A DNA stretch of 64,000 nucleotides, from contig JAWAZC010000003.1 in NCBI GenBank assembly GCA_038817995.1, positions 1,664 to 65,663 of the forward strand, given 5' to 3'. Positions 26,424 to 35,977 of this stretch are shown piece after piece (positions within the stretch are counted from its first letter, which is position 1; each line of letters opens with the position of its first letter). The notes beneath the pieces were generated by a model. The model saw only the letters and a program-made list of their open reading frames with translations. It was not told the DNA's origin and ran no database searches. Both the position numbers and the translations under genes were made by a program. This DNA comes from Candidatus Bathyarchaeia archaeon (lineage in GTDB: Archaea; Thermoproteota; Bathyarchaeia; Bathyarchaeales; Bathycorpusculaceae).

Positions 26424-27231
26424 TTCCGCTAAGCCGCAGATCCCAGTAATAACGTTAACTACGGATTTTGGGCTTGCAGACCCCTATGTTGCCGAGATGA
26501 AAGCCGTTATTTTGAGAATAAATCCTGACGCCAGAATAGTGGATATAACCCATCAAGTAGAGAAATTCAACATTAGGAATGGCGCTTTTATCTTGGCCGC
26601 TGCATCTCCTTACTTTCCAAAGGGCACGATACATGTGGCGGTTGTTGATCCGGGTGTGGGAACGAAACGTAAACCCATATTAGTTGAGACGGAAAAAGAC
26701 TTCTTTATAGGTCCGGATAATGGCGTATTAACATTGGCAGCAAAAAATCAAGGGATAAAACACGTTTACGAGATAACAAATCCGAAGTTTATGCTTCCAA
26801 AGATCTCTCAAACTTTTCATGGTAGGGACATTTTCGCCCCAGCGGCGGCATACCTCTCGAAAGGCATAAAACCGTCAGAGTTTGGATCAGAAATCCGCAA
26901 ATTCACGGTGCCTAAGTTTGCAAAGGTCGCCAAGAAAAGTGACACGTTGATAGGCGAAGTTATCCATATTGACGATTTTGGAAATATTATCACAAACTTC
27001 ACGGTGGAGCATCTTAAGGCTTTGAGGGTAAAGGATTATGTGGACTTAAGACTGAGGGATAACAGGCTGACGTTGAAACTTTGCAAAGCCTATGCGGAGG
27101 TAAAAGCGGGAGAACCTCTCGCCATCATAGGAAGCCATGATTTTCTAGAAATATCTGTAAACATGGGCAGCGCGGCCCAAGCCTTCAAAGTGAAGATCGG
27201 GGACACTGTTACACTTTATCGGTCTTTGTAA
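26413..27231 (+). CDS. SAM hydrolase / SAM hydroxide adenosyltransferase family protein (DUF62)
   Basis: ITLTTDFGLADPYVAEMKAVIL, FHGRDIFAPAAAYL and DDFGNIITN are hallmark DUF62 motifs. The ATG at 26413 overlaps the MoaD-like stop by 11 nt. Confidence 0.85.
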   Translation: MADDSAKPQIPVITLTTDFGLADPYVAEMKAVILRINPDARIVDITHQVEKFNIRNGAFILAAASPYFPKGTIHVAVVDPGVGTKRKPILVETEKDFFIGPDNGVLTLAAKNQGIKHVYEITNPKFMLPKISQTFHGRDIFAPAAAYLSKGIKPSEFGSEIRKFTVPKFAKVAKKSDTLIGEVIHIDDFGNIITNFTVEHLKALRVKDYVDLRLRDNRLTLKLCKAYAEVKAGEPLAIIGSHDFLEISVNMGSAAQAFKVKIGDTVTLYRSL

Positions 27232-27733
27232 GGTCTTTGAGCCTTTCAACGCCGCCTATTTCCTTTATGAACTCCGCCACGCTTTTCGGGACTAGTTCCT
27301 CCCAGTTTCCGCCTTTAAGCATTCTTTCCCTAATCTCGGTGGCCGAGTAAACCTCGCGCTTGTGGAAACGGATAGGCTTAACTTCGTAGCCGGCCTCTGT
27401 GAAAAGCCTTCGTGTAAGCGGTTCATTAGAGTAAACAACGTCAAAGCGCGGGGTATAACCTTCAACGGCTGAAACCCAAACCATGTGAATGTGCACGTCT
27501 GGCACGGGCACAATCCATATGCGGCTTAAGTCCATCTTCTCTTCTTCTAGGGCTTTTCTTATCATTACAAGCCTCTCGCCGGTCGTGAACGGGTTATCAA
27601 GACGGTGGCTGTACTGGGCGCTGCCAACAACAATAATAAGCTCATCCACCTCGTCTAGAATCTCCTTAATTACTTGTAGGTGCCCTTTATGGAAGGGTTG
27701 AAATCTGCCAACAAAAAGTCCCCGTTTAACCAT
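27209..27733 (-). CDS. nadM: Nicotinamide-nucleotide adenylyltransferase, archaeal type
   Basis: GLFVGRFQPFHKGHL (HxGH-type nucleotidyltransferase motif), 174 aa, ...SATEIR. Confidence 0.9.
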   Translation of the reverse strand: MVKRGLFVGRFQPFHKGHLQVIKEILDEVDELIIVVGSAQYSHRLDNPFTTGERLVMIRKALEEEKMDLSRIWIVPVPDVHIHMVWVSAVEGYTPRFDVVYSNEPLTRRLFTEAGYEVKPIRFHKREVYSATEIRERMLKGGNWEELVPKSVAEFIKEIGGVERLKDLTKTDKV

Positions 27734-27769
27734 AATTATCCCCTCACTGATTTAGGCGTCAAGCTTTTA

Positions 27770-28369
27770 TTATTTGCGCTGATGGACACCTAAATGCTTC
27801 AAAACAAACTCCACCGGAAAGACTTGTAAAACACCACTGTCCACTTTAATTTCCCCAATTGAGGAGTGACCTCGACTTTCTCGTTGTAGAATTTCAAGCT
27901 TAACTTGTACGCCTCCACCGTAGCCGCCCAAAGTGAAGTCTGAAGCTACAACTCTATGGCATGGAACAATTAGCGGGAAAGGATTTAAAGCCATAACCCG
28001 TCCCACAGCTCTTGGACTTCCGCCAACAGCTTTCGCCACAGAGCCATAGGAGGCAACATAGCCGGTAGGAATTAGGGAAACCACCTTGAGAACTTTCTGT
28101 GCATAGCTGGACAGCCATTCCATGGCGAGAGAAAAACTTTCAGCGCATTCTCGACCATGGTAGATGTCCGCTATCGAAGAAATAACTTTCTCAGCGAACT
28201 GAGTTGGCTTTTCCGAATGCTGGAAGGGGACGTTAAATGGGGTGTTTCTAAGCAAATTTTGCAAAGCTTGACCTCTGTCAAAGGCGAAAGCCGTGGCAAA
28301 AACTATTTCATTTTCGTGTGCAACCCCAAACCAGACGCCTTCAACATAGCCAACGTAGAGTGTTAGCAT
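27770..28369 (-). CDS. ogt: Methylated-DNA--protein-cysteine methyltransferase
   Basis: Active-site PCHRVV in IVPCHRVVASD, preceded by the helix-turn-helix YGSVAKAVGGSPRAVG. Confidence 0.85.
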   Translation of the reverse strand: MLTLYVGYVEGVWFGVAHENEIVFATAFAFDRGQALQNLLRNTPFNVPFQHSEKPTQFAEKVISSIADIYHGRECAESFSLAMEWLSSYAQKVLKVVSLIPTGYVASYGSVAKAVGGSPRAVGRVMALNPFPLIVPCHRVVASDFTLGGYGGGVQVKLEILQRESRGHSSIGEIKVDSGVLQVFPVEFVLKHLGVHQRK

Positions 28370-28435
28370 GTCGCTGCCTCGTTAAAGCGTTTTAAAATCT
28401 TGCAGCTATTTTAATTCTGTGGAGGAAAAGCCGTC

Positions 28436-29116
28436 TTGGAGGAGGTTAAAAGAAAAACAGTATACTTCAAATACTGTGGTGAAGCAAACACTGAAAAGGT
28501 CCTTTTGGCAGTTAGGCACCGCTGCAAAGAGACGGACATAAACAAGGTTGTAATAGCCTCTGAAACTGGAAGAAGCGCACTGAAAGCTCTTAAAATATTT
28601 GATGGAGCGAAAATCCAAGTAATAGTTGTAACCCACTATCCGGCTGAGACTTGGGGGCCGAGGGGAAGCATGCCAATAGGACTAAAACGGAGAGAATATG
28701 CTGAGAATCTGAAAAAGCTTATGGAAAGCGGCTGTAAAATTGTTCAAGGCACTAGACCCTTTGCTCCGCCCTCTCGTTCCATAGGTTGGAATTATCCCAC
28801 ACCGGAAGGCGTCATTGATAAAACTCTTGAAATTTTTGGAACGGGCACGAAAATAGCCATAGAAGCAGCAGTCATGGCGACAGATGCTGGAGAAATAGAC
28901 GAAGGCGAAGAAATAGTTTCGTGTGCCGGCACCTACAAGGGTTTGGACACCGCGCTGCTTGTGAAAACGGCTTACAGCATGAACTTCTTTAAAAAGTTTG
29001 AGGTTCGAGAAGTTATAGCTAAACCCTTATGCCGTGTTAAGAAGCTTCCAGAATTTGAATGTGAAAATTGGAAGGGTAACTTGGAAGACTATTACATGCA
29101 GCTTGGGAGACATTAA
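28436..29116 (+). CDS. Pyruvate kinase C-terminal (alpha/beta) domain-like protein of unknown function
   Basis: 226 aa. VVIASETGRSALKA... and KIAIEAAVMATDAG resemble the stand-alone PK_C-like archaeal family. Assignment from memory. Confidence 0.5.
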   Translation: MEEVKRKTVYFKYCGEANTEKVLLAVRHRCKETDINKVVIASETGRSALKALKIFDGAKIQVIVVTHYPAETWGPRGSMPIGLKRREYAENLKKLMESGCKIVQGTRPFAPPSRSIGWNYPTPEGVIDKTLEIFGTGTKIAIEAAVMATDAGEIDEGEEIVSCAGTYKGLDTALLVKTAYSMNFFKKFEVREVIAKPLCRVKKLPEFECENWKGNLEDYYMQLGRH

Positions 29117-29151
29117 GTTTAATAGGTTGCGCTCGTATATCACGTGGAAAG

Positions 29152-29781
29152 GTGAAAAGCTTGGAAAGGGAAGGACAAATATCCCAGTATCTATGGGTTC
29201 CGGGCGCCACAACCGTTGGCATCGTCTGCAGGGACGGAGTCATATTGGCTTCTGAAAAACGCGTCTCTTACGGATATTTAGTCGTCAGTAGAGGAGGCAA
29301 AAAGGTTTTCAAGATAACAGATCACATAGGTGCGGCTTGTGCTGGACTTGTTTCAGACATGCAGATTCTTGTTCGCGAAGTGGAAGCTTACGCAAACCTT
29401 TACAGCATGGACGTTGGCAGACCCATATCGGTTAGATCTGCAGCCAAGCTTATGTCTAACTTGCTTTTCGCTAATAGGTTGGCTCCCTTAATAACTCAGA
29501 CCATTGTGGGAGGAATAGACGACGAGGGTGCCTCACTGTACGTTTTAGACGTTTTAGGGTCGGTTATACCGGACAAGTATGCGGTTGTCGGTTCCGGAAC
29601 AGAAATCGCCATGGGGGTTCTTGAAGAGGGCTACCGTGAAGGCTTAAGCATGGAAGAGGGAAGGGACCTAGTTATCAGAGCCATAAAATCCGCCATCAGC
29701 AGAGACATTATGAGCGGTGACGGTATCGACTTTCTCTTCATAACTAAGGATGGAGCCTACGAGGAATCAATAAAATTCTAG
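29152..29781 (+). CDS. psmB: Proteasome subunit beta
   Basis: Propeptide followed by the active-site GA|TTVGIVCRDGVILASEKR, then GSG..A motifs. GTG start. Confidence 0.9.
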   Translation: MKSLEREGQISQYLWVPGATTVGIVCRDGVILASEKRVSYGYLVVSRGGKKVFKITDHIGAACAGLVSDMQILVREVEAYANLYSMDVGRPISVRSAAKLMSNLLFANRLAPLITQTIVGGIDDEGASLYVLDVLGSVIPDKYAVVGSGTEIAMGVLEEGYREGLSMEEGRDLVIRAIKSAISRDIMSGDGIDFLFITKDGAYEESIKF

Positions 29782-29797
29782 GAAGGGCTAACAAGCG

Positions 29798-30418
29798 TTG
29801 TCTTTTGACTTAAGCTTAGAAGAAGGAACATTGCTAGTTAGGCTTGCCAGAAACGCTGTAGAGGAGTATTTGAAAACTAGAAAACGTATTCGCGCGCCGG
29901 AAGAACTTCCAAAGAAGCTTATGCAGCCCTGCGGGGTTTTCGTGACAATAAACAGCGTTCGAAACGGGGAAAAAGAGCTGCGTGGATGCATTGGACTACC
30001 ATATCCAACGACGCCCTTAGCGGAAGCCGTCATAGAGTCTGCCATAAGCTCGGCGACCCAAGACCCAAGGTTTTATCCTTTGTCCCTTGAAGAGTTAGAC
30101 AGTGTGGTTTTCGAGGTCAGCGTGCTCACACCACCCCAATTGGTGGAAGTGAAAAATCCCAGCGAATACCCATCAAAAATAAAGGTTGGTGTTGACGGGC
30201 TAATCATAGAAAGAGGCTTCTACAAAGGACTGTTGCTTCCTCAAGTGCCAGTGGAATGGAATTGGGACGAAGAAGAGTTCTTGTGCCAATGCTGTTTAAA
30301 GGCTGGGCTTCCGCCAGACTGCTGGCTTATGAAAGGCACAAAAGTCTACAAGTTTCAAGCCATAATCTTCGAGGAGGAAAAACCAAAAGGCGAGGTTAAA
30401 CGCAAAGTTCTTACATAA
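29798..30418 (+). CDS. AMMECR1 domain protein
   Basis: LRGCIG motif (KELRGCIGLPYP), ...DPRF..., LLPQV. TTG start. Confidence 0.85.
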   Translation: MSFDLSLEEGTLLVRLARNAVEEYLKTRKRIRAPEELPKKLMQPCGVFVTINSVRNGEKELRGCIGLPYPTTPLAEAVIESAISSATQDPRFYPLSLEELDSVVFEVSVLTPPQLVEVKNPSEYPSKIKVGVDGLIIERGFYKGLLLPQVPVEWNWDEEEFLCQCCLKAGLPPDCWLMKGTKVYKFQAIIFEEEKPKGEVKRKVLT

Positions 30419-30431
30419 ACTGTCCGCGTCT

Positions 30432-31583
30432 TCAACTTTTCTGCGCAACTTCTTCGATTATTTTTACTGCCCTATCAACTCCCTTAAACTTGCTGGCAAA
30501 CTGGTTTAACCTCTGCACGTTCTTCTTGTAAGCGTCTATGCGATTCTCCATTTCATGAATTGCTTGTTTCAGTTGTTTTGCGTTTCTGGCAATCGTTGAA
30601 CAACCCATATCTTGCAGTTTCTTGGCGTTTGCGAACTGTTCAGGTTGTGTCGGAACGCACACGCTTGGTTTCGCATACTTGACAACTTCAAAACAAGTGT
30701 TGTGTCCTCCGCTAAAAACCACTAACCTAGCATTTGCCATAAAATCGCTTCTCTCTCGGGGTGAAAGCCACGTGTACACGGTGCAGTTCCCAAATTTTGC
30801 CACCCTTTTTTCACCATACTCCCCAAGACTAACCACACTTTCTGTTTCTAGACGACTTAAAACGGGAATAATAATCCGCTTTAACTGAGACCTCGCTCCG
30901 GCAGGTCCACTTATTGGAGCGAAAATGCAGTTTTCTTCACCCTTCGCTGGTGCAATGTGAACGTCGACGAAACTTCCGACGAATTCAACTTTGTCCGCAA
31001 CTCTGATGTCCTTTAAGTTGCCCAGATTGTACTCGCAAATGGTATATGGTGGAGGAACATCCGGAACAATTATTTTCAAACAACTCCTCACATAACGTTC
31101 GGTGAAACGTTCACCCGGGACCAGCAGCTGAGAAAAACCGAAACTCGGGCGGATAAAGTTTGTTATGTATATCGATGGGTAGTGCCATCTCCAAGCTAAA
31201 CGCAACGCATGCAGGTCGCCATCCGACACTATCAGATGGGGTCTTATTCTCAAAATGTTTTTTCTGAGGTCATAGTAACGATGCACTGTTTCCAAACTGC
31301 TTGGAGATTTAATCTCTAACCTTCCATTTTCCGGGTTGACACGTGGTAACGGGAAGAGAATGTTCAAAACAGAAGCGGAGAAAACTATTCCACGGGCATT
31401 TTCATACCACGCTACAGGCGTGCAATAGTAGACATTTCTAAACTCCCTTTTTAAAAGCTCGTAGGCGCTTCCTCCAGAGAAAAGGAAAAGTTCGTTCCCC
31501 TTTGCTTCAAGCTTTTTCCCTAAAACTATAAGCCTAGAAGCATGCCCCAAACCAAGCTCTGAACAGCTCAGCATTAAACGCAT
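30432..31583 (-). CDS. Glycosyltransferase, GT-B fold (GT1/GT28, MurG/UGT-like)
   Basis: N-terminal SELGLGHASRLIVLGKKLEAKGNE (Gly-rich acceptor-domain loop) and a C-terminal donor-binding region VFSGGHNTCFEV.... Confidence 0.65.
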   Translation of the reverse strand: MRLMLSCSELGLGHASRLIVLGKKLEAKGNELFLFSGGSAYELLKREFRNVYYCTPVAWYENARGIVFSASVLNILFPLPRVNPENGRLEIKSPSSLETVHRYYDLRKNILRIRPHLIVSDGDLHALRLAWRWHYPSIYITNFIRPSFGFSQLLVPGERFTERYVRSCLKIIVPDVPPPYTICEYNLGNLKDIRVADKVEFVGSFVDVHIAPAKGEENCIFAPISGPAGARSQLKRIIIPVLSRLETESVVSLGEYGEKRVAKFGNCTVYTWLSPRERSDFMANARLVVFSGGHNTCFEVVKYAKPSVCVPTQPEQFANAKKLQDMGCSTIARNAKQLKQAIHEMENRIDAYKKNVQRLNQFASKFKGVDRAVKIIEEVAQKS

Positions 31584-31647
31584 AATTCAAAGTGCCCCGT
31601 CGCCATTTATTTTGGTTGCTATACAAAATTGTTAAATAAAAAAGCGA

Positions 31648-32538
31648 GTGATGAAAAAACGGAAAGCCATGTTCCTTCCCAAAAAAGTTCTCGAAGAAAG
31701 GCTTTTACAAATGCTTTCGGAAGACCTTGGGCAGGGCGACATAACAACATCTCTTCTGGTTTCAGAAGGTTGCATTATAGAGGCTGAAATAATAGCCAAA
31801 GAAACAGGCATCGTCGCCGGAATAGAAGAGGCAAAAGTGCTTTTTGAAGCTTTAGGCTTAAAATTTGAGGCTTACGTCAAAGATGGCGATGAAATAAAGC
31901 CTAAACAAGTTTTGATGAAGGTCTATGGGGATGCACGAGCTATACTTTCGGCTGAGCGCACCCTCCTCAACATTATTTCGCGAATGAGCGGTATAGCTAC
32001 AGCCACACGAAGACTTGTCGAGAAAATCCGAAAGGCTGGATATAAAACGAAGGTTGCCTGCACAAGGAAAACGGCGCCAGGGCTACTATACTTTGACAAA
32101 AGGGCTGTTGCCATTGGTGGTGGAGACACGCATAGACTTCACTTAGATGACATGATCTTAATCAAGGATAATCACATTGCTGTAGCTGGAAGCATCGAAA
32201 AAGCTGTTAAGACAGCCCGAGAAAAAGCCTCGTTCAGCAAGAAAATCGAGGTTGAAGTGGCTAAGGTTGAGGATGTTCTCAAAGCTGCTGAAGCCGGAGC
32301 GGACATAATAATGTTGGACAACTTTTCGCCTAAACAAGTGGGGATGGCGGTCAAACTGTTGGAGAAAGCTGGATACCTTGGAAAAGTGATGCTGGAAGCC
32401 AGCGGCGAAATAACGACGAACAACGTTCTCGATTACGCTTCGAAAGGAGTGGACATCGTAAGTTTGGGTGAAATAACTCATAGCGCGAAAGCCCTAGACA
32501 TGAGCTTAGAAATCACAAATGTCAAGGTAGCGGAGTGA
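31648..32538 (+). CDS. nadC: Nicotinate-nucleotide pyrophosphorylase [carboxylating] (quinolinate phosphoribosyltransferase)
   Basis: EDLGQGDITT, AERTLLNIISRMSGIAT, TRKTAPGLL, IMLDNF and EASGEIT motifs. Confidence 0.9.
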   Translation: MMKKRKAMFLPKKVLEERLLQMLSEDLGQGDITTSLLVSEGCIIEAEIIAKETGIVAGIEEAKVLFEALGLKFEAYVKDGDEIKPKQVLMKVYGDARAILSAERTLLNIISRMSGIATATRRLVEKIRKAGYKTKVACTRKTAPGLLYFDKRAVAIGGGDTHRLHLDDMILIKDNHIAVAGSIEKAVKTAREKASFSKKIEVEVAKVEDVLKAAEAGADIIMLDNFSPKQVGMAVKLLEKAGYLGKVMLEASGEITTNNVLDYASKGVDIVSLGEITHSAKALDMSLEITNVKVAE

Positions 32539-33085
32539 AGGCTTTTATTAACGCCATTTCAATAAACGCAGCCAACAAAAGTGTCACTGCGCATATGGAT
32601 ATCATGATACACATGTTTACGATCTCTCGTCTCCAGCCACCTTTTATAATGCGCCAGCTTAGCCAGACGCTTTCGGCAAAGGCTGCTGAATATGCTAGGA
32701 ATTCAAGCCATGTAAATGGGAAAAGGAACAACATTAAAAATGCAAAGTGAGGATTTACACCACTACAAATGCTTTGGGCTGCAATTACAACTCCTGTGCT
32801 ATATAGCACAAAAAATCCGAAAATAGGGCCAAAAAAGGGGACAAAAAAGGCTAAGCATAAAACGAAATTGTTGCCAAAAATTAAAGTTGTTCCACGAAAC
32901 AATCCAGCCGTCGAAATGTAGTCTCGCATCTCGCCAAGCTCCTTCTCCATTTCAGATGCCTCCTCCACAGTAAGCGGAGTTGAAACACCGGCAACGGTTA
33001 CAGCAATCGAGATAAGGAAGAACACTAAAATCGTGAGAATACGTTTCACCTTTGACGGAAAACTTTTCCAAATGTTTGATGTCAT
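32522..33085 (-). CDS. Membrane protein, SpoIIM-like (DUF95)
   Basis: 187 aa, about 5 TM helices. Topology and the FIFGNNFxxxLxxF segment resemble the stage II sporulation protein M family. Tentative. Confidence 0.5.
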   Translation of the reverse strand: MTSNIWKSFPSKVKRILTILVFFLISIAVTVAGVSTPLTVEEASEMEKELGEMRDYISTAGLFRGTTLIFGNNFVLCLAFFVPFFGPIFGFFVLYSTGVVIAAQSICSGVNPHFAFLMLFLFPFTWLEFLAYSAAFAESVWLSWRIIKGGWRREIVNMCIMISICAVTLLLAAFIEMALIKAFTPLP

Positions 33086-33099
33086 ATTTCCCTCTCCAA

Positions 33100-33804
33100 T
33101 TATACATTTGAGGGGGTTATTTTTAAGGCTCTAAAGCCCCTTGCGCATGGGTTTAACATTTCCATGATTTTAACCTTTTCCAAAATTTTGTCTGTGTCCG
33201 TTGCGCAGCCTGAAATGTCATGCTCCGCCGCCATTAAGGAGTAAACATACACCCTATTGCCCAGAATTTTTGGTTGACAAGTGGATGGAAGCCCAAGCAT
33301 TAACGGCTTGTTCTGTTCTATGGCTTTTTCAGAAGCATATATTATGGCGTGGGCCCCCGCTGTTAATTCTGCTATTCTTACAGGTATGCTTTCTTTCCCT
33401 ATGGCTATAACCTCTATTCCATATTTTTGGGAGATTTCGCCCGAAATCTTTCTCAATTTGGGAAGAATTTTTACAATGTTGCTTTTGGCTTTACTGGAGA
33501 GTCTAATATTGGAAAACTGTATGGGAGAAAGTTGTTCAAGTGAAACCGCCCCAAGAGACATGTCGAGGTGAACAACGTCCGCCTCCACTTTTTCAAGCAG
33601 CTGCTTACATAGTTCGACTTCATGCACTATAACTTCGTGGCTGTTTTTAGCATCTGCAAAAATCGGTTTAGCCAAACATTCGCTTGGCCCTCTGTAGGGG
33701 GGCTCCACTAAAACAGCCGCTGTCGCCACAATGGTTAGAGGCTCAAAATTCCCGTTTAGAACGGCTGAAGAAGAATCTGCGGCAATTATCCTCAAGGGTT
33801 TCAC
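33100..33804 (-). CDS. Conserved-looking hypothetical protein, function unknown
   Basis: 234-aa ORF. Strand-Asp patterns (RIIAADSSS, VVHLDMSLG) hint at a metal-binding alpha/beta fold. No family identified with confidence. Confidence 0.4.
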   Translation of the reverse strand: MKPLRIIAADSSSAVLNGNFEPLTIVATAAVLVEPPYRGPSECLAKPIFADAKNSHEVIVHEVELCKQLLEKVEADVVHLDMSLGAVSLEQLSPIQFSNIRLSSKAKSNIVKILPKLRKISGEISQKYGIEVIAIGKESIPVRIAELTAGAHAIIYASEKAIEQNKPLMLGLPSTCQPKILGNRVYVYSLMAAEHDISGCATDTDKILEKVKIMEMLNPCARGFRALKITPSNV

Positions 33805-33854
33805 CTTCCTCTAATTGGCTTTATAAAAATTTAGCTTTACCGCTTCTTAGCCGC

Positions 33855-34472
33855 CTAGAACCCTGAAGCCTTGAGGCCGAGGCCTAAAACAAAAAGCTCA
33901 GCGCTTTTCGCCCTACTAGCCTTTGGCTTTATAATTTTTACATCCCTAAAGTGCTGTTTAACCTTGACTATAAAGTCTTCAAGCATATCTCCTTGAAAAA
34001 CTTTCACGAAAAAGTTTCCATAGGGCTTAAGCACTTTAAGGGCTATTTCCAAAGCTCTTTGAGCTAAATCTATCTGGCGAGCATGGTCCAGCTCCCAAAT
34101 TCCAGAAATATTTGGTGACGCATCTGAAATAACTACATCAGCCTTGCGTGGAAGCAATTCCAAAATTTGGGTTAAGGTTTCTTCCTCCATTATGTCGCCG
34201 ACGATTGCTTTAACGTTGCGCTCCCTAAATGGTTCAATTGGTTTCAAGTCAACAGCTAAAACGAAGCCTCGGGGCCCGATAATTTTTCTGGAGGCTTGCG
34301 TCCATCCGCCGGGTGCAGCGCCAAGATCTACAACGACGTCGCCTTCTTTCATAAAGTGGTATGTTTCGACCGCTTGGAAGAGTTTGTAAGCTGCCCTTGA
34401 ACGATAATCCTCTTCCTTTGCCTTTCTATAGTAGTAGTCTTTTTTGCGTTCTTGAATCCAAGCTTTTGGCAA
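33855..34472 (-). CDS. rlmE: 23S rRNA (uridine-2'-O)-methyltransferase RlmE/FtsJ
   Basis: YRSRAAYKL, SAM motif VVDLGAAPGGWTQ, and DASPNISG. Confidence 0.9.
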   Translation of the reverse strand: MPKAWIQERKKDYYYRKAKEEDYRSRAAYKLFQAVETYHFMKEGDVVVDLGAAPGGWTQASRKIIGPRGFVLAVDLKPIEPFRERNVKAIVGDIMEEETLTQILELLPRKADVVISDASPNISGIWELDHARQIDLAQRALEIALKVLKPYGNFFVKVFQGDMLEDFIVKVKQHFRDVKIIKPKASRAKSAELFVLGLGLKASGF

Positions 34473-34474
34473 AA

Positions 34475-34852
34475 CTAACTGTCACCTAAAACGGTTTGGG
34501 TTGATTCAGCCATGCGGAAAAGCCATTCCGTAAGCCTTTCACAGTTTTGGGGTGTAACGTTGCCGGTTGGTCCGCATCTCGGGATGTCAGGACACATCAT
34601 GCATGGACAGTCGACTATGGAGTCTATGGATGCTGGAAGCCTTTTGGGGTAAAGCCTATAAGTCCACCTTCCGTTGCGTAGCTCCTTTTCGCGTCGTATA
34701 AGCCCTTTACTTTCAAGTTTCAGAGCTATCCTTGAGCCCTCCCTGCTGCTCGCGCCTAACCTTCGCCATAATTCAGACTGCAGTAGACCGCTGTCTCCAG
34801 CGCTCATTATTATTTGCAAAGCTTTCTGCTCTAAGTCGTTGGGCTTCGGCAT
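34475..34852 (-). CDS. Winged-helix protein with a C-terminal Cys cluster; candidate TFE-beta / RPC34-like transcription factor subunit
   Basis: 125 aa. wHTH (LLQSELWRRLGASSREGSRIALKLESKGLIRRE...WTYRLY) followed by CPCMMCPDIPRC...C, compatible with an Fe-S or zinc-binding tail. Confidence 0.45.
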   Translation of the reverse strand: MPKPNDLEQKALQIIMSAGDSGLLQSELWRRLGASSREGSRIALKLESKGLIRREKELRNGRWTYRLYPKRLPASIDSIVDCPCMMCPDIPRCGPTGNVTPQNCERLTEWLFRMAESTQTVLGDS

Positions 34853-34954
34853 CCTTCCCTTTCAGTCTCCACGCAAATATATAGGCGCTCACTGTAAAAT
34901 ATGTTTATCCCAACATAAAATAATTTAGGTTAAACTAAAAATGGGATTCATGAA

Positions 34955-35977
34955 ATGAAGCAGGAAAAAACTAGCGAAGGCTACTGTTTGGGCATTGAAA
35001 GCACAGCTGACGACTTCAGCGTTGGAATCACCACATTTAAGGGCGAAGTATTAGCCAACATAATAGACGCCTACGTCCCACCGGAGGGAGGAATCCACCC
35101 CAGGGAAGCAGCGCAACACCACGCAGAAGTTGCAAGCAAAGTCATTGAAGAAGCCTTAAAAAAGGCTGGAATAAAGCCAAAGGATTTAACAGTAATCGCG
35201 TTTTCGCAAGGCCCTGGACTTGGACCGTGTCTAAGAACAGGCGCCACTGTTGCGCGGGCGCTTGCCTCATACCTGCATGTTCCACTGGTCGGCGTTAACC
35301 ACTGCATAGCCCATATAGAAATTGGAAAATTAAAGACAGGGGCTTCAGATCCGGTTACGCTTTATGTTTCCGGCGGAAACACCATTATAGCGGCTTTTGA
35401 CGCTGGACGCTACAGGGTTTTCGGTGAAACGTTAGACATTGCGTTGGGGAACTGCTTAGACGTTTTTGCAAGAGAAGCTGGACTGAAGCAGAAGCCGGGA
35501 GAACCCTTCGGAGCCGTTGTTGAGAAACTGGCGAAAAACGGCAAGCAGTTTGTGCCTTTACCCTACACTGTAAAGGGTATGGACATATCCTTTAGCGGGC
35601 TTTTAACAGCTGCAATAAAAGCCCTCAAAGAAGGTGGATATAGGCTGGAAGACCTGTGTTACAGCCTTCAAGAAACAGCCTTTTCAATGGTTGTTGAGGT
35701 CACTGAAAGAGCTTTAGCCCACACAGAGAAAAAAGAAGTCCTCTTAACTGGAGGTGTCGCCGCCAACAAAAGGCTTCAGGAAATGGTGCGCTCCGTAGCT
35801 GAAGAACACAACGTTAAGTTCTGCACTGTTCCAAGTGAATACGCAATTGACAACGGGGCCATGATAGCGTGGACTGGTGTCTTGGCGTTCACTCATGGAC
35901 TCACAACCTCCATTGAGGAGAGTTTTGTGCGGTTAAGGTGGCGCCTCGAAGAGGTTGAAGTTCCTTGGGTGAGGTGA
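34955..35977 (+). CDS. kae1: tRNA N6-adenosine threonylcarbamoyltransferase Kae1 (KEOPS)
   Basis: GIESTADDF, HPREAAQHH, GVNHCIAHIE, SGGNT and DNGAMIAW motifs. Confidence 0.95.
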   Translation: MKQEKTSEGYCLGIESTADDFSVGITTFKGEVLANIIDAYVPPEGGIHPREAAQHHAEVASKVIEEALKKAGIKPKDLTVIAFSQGPGLGPCLRTGATVARALASYLHVPLVGVNHCIAHIEIGKLKTGASDPVTLYVSGGNTIIAAFDAGRYRVFGETLDIALGNCLDVFAREAGLKQKPGEPFGAVVEKLAKNGKQFVPLPYTVKGMDISFSGLLTAAIKALKEGGYRLEDLCYSLQETAFSMVVEVTERALAHTEKKEVLLTGGVAANKRLQEMVRSVAEEHNVKFCTVPSEYAIDNGAMIAWTGVLAFTHGLTTSIEESFVRLRWRLEEVEVPWVR

